Source of the DNA: Hypanus sabinus
Taxonomy: Eukaryota
Direction: 5' to 3'
Assembly (NCBI RefSeq): GCF_030144855.1
Contig: NC_082730.1
Span: forward strand, 14,508,001 to 14,572,000
DNA: 64,000 bases
The position numbers and the translations under genes are program-made. The notes beneath the pieces were generated by a model. It did no database searches. It was not told the origin of the DNA and saw nothing but the letters and a program-made list of their open reading frames with translations. How positions within the stretch are numbered: position 1 is the first letter of the stretch; each line of letters begins with the position of its first letter. Of this stretch, positions 62,906 through 64,000 are shown piece after piece.

Positions 62906-64000
62906 CTGTGGAAAATAATCAGTGAACATCTGAAAGTCAAACACACTAAAGATTTCAGCAACTCTGTACCTTGACCAGGACCGACCAGTTTGGAATCTGA
63001 GCAGCTCATCGACCTCTCTGAGTCTCTGACTCCTCGCAGCTGCCTGAACTGCCGTGTCTGCCATTATCCCAGAACACAGCAGGACTCCAGATCAGGACAG
63101 CAGTGATGATACTGTGTATATGTCCGGTGGAAATTAGGGGTACAAGCTCTCTCAGTAGCAAGGAAACAGTCTAAATGGTACCCAACAGTTTGACTTTGGA
63201 ATGGCAGCCTTTGTGTGTATCCAGGAAAACTCCCCATTATGTGAAAGCAGGTAATTGTCAAATACATACAAAATGAATGGTGACTTTAGGGAGAGGGTGT
63301 AATTGTGATTGGATTCAGTGACCTACGACAGCAAAGGAACCCATAAGATTGGTTTTGATATGAAGCCAATAAGGAATCTTACGTCACTGGAAAACTGGAA
63401 AGAGCATTGGCCATAAGACCACAAGATATGAGAGCAGAATTAGGCCATCCTGTCCATTGAGACTGCTCCACCATTCAATCATGGCCGATTTATTATCCCT
63501 CTTCATCTATTCTCCTGCCTTCTCTTTGTAACCTTTGATGCCCTTACTAATCAACCTCTACTCTAAATATACCCAATGATTTGGCCTCCACAGCTGCCTA
63601 TGGCAATGATTTCCACAGATTCACTAGATTTTAGCAAAGTAAATTCCCCCACATCTCTCTTTTAAAGGACATCCTTCTATTCTGTATCTGTGCCCTCTAG
63701 TCCTAGATACTCGCTCTGTAGGAAACATCCTCTCTATATCCACTGGGCTTTTCAATGCTCAATATCTTTCCATGAGCTCCTCCCTCATTCTCCTAAACTC
63801 CAGCAAGTACAGGCCCAGAGCCTTCAAATGCTCCTCATACATTAGGGAAGATTGCCTTCACCTAATATTTGATATCCCAGTATGGTATTTTAATCCTGCC
63901 GAAGGGTTTCGGCTGAAATGATGACTGTACGTTTATCTGTAGATGCTGTCTGGCCTACTGATTTCCGTCAGAATTTTGTGTGTGTTGCTTGGATTTCTAG

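Noticed and set aside
137-63267. Most ORFs in the supplied track
   Set aside because: They are fragments or antisense frames of CR1, Rex1/Babar, RTE and Penelope elements, or chance ORFs. None gives an intact transposase or RT gene.
1-64000. CRISPR arrays, rRNA, bona fide tRNA genes, recombination signal sequences beside the V exons
   Set aside because: None seen. tRNA-like boxes belong to SINE heads. The V exons end in ordinary GT donors with a complete G strand and no heptamer-nonamer, so they are not rearranging segments.

Overview
Repeat-rich, intron-containing vertebrate genomic DNA, most likely from a cartilaginous fish (ray or shark). That assignment is an inference from the LINE/SINE/Penelope repertoire and the receptor sequence. 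The only convincing host genes form a minus-strand tandem cluster of CD300/pIgR-like immune receptors (leader, V-type Ig exon, C2-type Ig exon, stalk). Copy 1 (exons 4417-4456, 2292-2612, 978-1298) is intact as far as visible and runs off the left edge. Copy 2 (43612-37761) has an intact leader and V exon but two frameshifts in C2. Copy 3 (62905-62756) is a decayed C2 exon truncated by a CR1 LINE. The rest is CR1, Rex1/Babar, RTE and Penelope-like retroelement fragments, Tc1-derived elements, SINEs, solo LTRs and local segmental duplications. Best signals: (1) the two V exons differ at 46 nt and every difference lies in an amino-acid-changing codon; (2) copy 1 has a PU.1/ETS-C/EBP-RUNX promoter motif cluster that is partly deleted in copy 2; (3) a 60-nt AG..GT candidate exon recurs four times in a duplicated upstream module; (4) intron 1 holds a second signal-peptide-like exon and a 15-nt microexon candidate; (5) Penelope-type minimal hammerhead ribozyme motifs occur repeatedly, including a head-to-head pair in a 59-bp inverted repeat. 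Exon boundaries were read base by base. Repeat boundaries are approximate and family names come from motif recognition, not database searches.
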